The position numbers were made by a program, and so were the translations under genes. A stretch of 32,000 bases of DNA, taken from Ktedonobacterales bacterium (GTDB taxonomy: Bacteria; Chloroflexota; Ktedonobacteria; Ktedonobacterales; JADMIN01). Below, piece after piece: positions 31,922-32,000 of the stretch (its first letter is position 1; every line of letters begins with the position of its first letter). The stretch covers positions 2,310,001 to 2,342,000 of the forward strand of contig CP126532.1 in NCBI GenBank assembly GCA_030167145.1. Direction: 5' to 3'. Under the pieces are notes generated by a model. It did no database searches and was not told the DNA's origin. It saw nothing but the letters and a program-made list of their open reading frames with translations.

Positions 31922-32000
31922 ATGAGCATTCCGCCGTCCGCACCGCTGCTGGTGGTGATTACCGGAGCACCCTGCACGGGCAAGACGACGCTGGGCCAGC
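31922..32000 (+). CDS. P-loop NTPase/kinase-like protein (5' fragment, truncated by window end)
   Basis: MSIPPSAPLLVVITGAPCTGKTTLGQ carries a Walker A motif (GxxxxGKT) right after a beta-strand, as in AAA_33/zeta-toxin/CPT-like small kinases. Only 26 codons are visible. Confidence 0.55.
   Translation, partial: MSIPPSAPLLVVITGAPCTGKTTLGQ

Overview
This is a GC-rich (roughly two-thirds G+C by eye) bacterial chromosomal segment, densely coding on both strands. No rRNA, tRNA, CRISPR array, transposase or integrase was recognisable. All family calls below come from reading motifs in the supplied translations; no search was run. Protein styles (Pro/Ala-rich linkers, DUF4388, Uma2, many secreted beta-propellers) suggest a Chloroflexota (Ktedonobacteria-like) or actinobacterial-type genome, but this is unverified.

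The left two-thirds (1-23 kb) is mostly housekeeping or niche genes:
- YbjQ, DUF4388, an MFS exporter, a CoxG-like SRPBCC protein and an orphan receiver domain.
- A membrane-anchored lytic-transglycosylase-like protein, an 808-aa tandem-repeat propeller protein, a GNAT and an NHL propeller.
- Acetyl-CoA synthetase with an unusual N-terminal extension.
- A translationally coupled squalene/phytoene-synthase-like plus geranylgeranyl-reductase pair.
- A helical protein plus RDD pair, an MMPL transporter and two tandem RibD_C/DHFR-like paralogues.

The right third (23.5-32 kb) looks accessory or conflict-related:
- hicAB and an AlkZ-like (Q-x-Q) glycosylase behind PAP2 and MOSC genes.
- A RelE/ParE-like pair, LOG, and a small-protein plus HNH coupled pair.
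- CtaG, a ~1.1-kb low-GC islet with two small ORFs, Uma2, and a small ORF plus P-loop NTPase truncated at the window edge.

The features I consider most worth follow-up:
- The SQS/PSY-like protein with a degenerate second Asp-rich motif, coupled to a GGR-family reductase.
- The Acs N-terminal low-complexity extension, which has its own strong SD.
- A tandem pair of tetraloop hairpins showing a compensatory stem change (17297-17382).
- A 16-bp long-range anti-SD pairing in the MMPL leader.
- The small-ORF/HNH module and the low-GC islet.

I cannot point to one clearly novel multi-gene system with confidence. Long antisense ORFs in the track are treated as high-GC artefacts.
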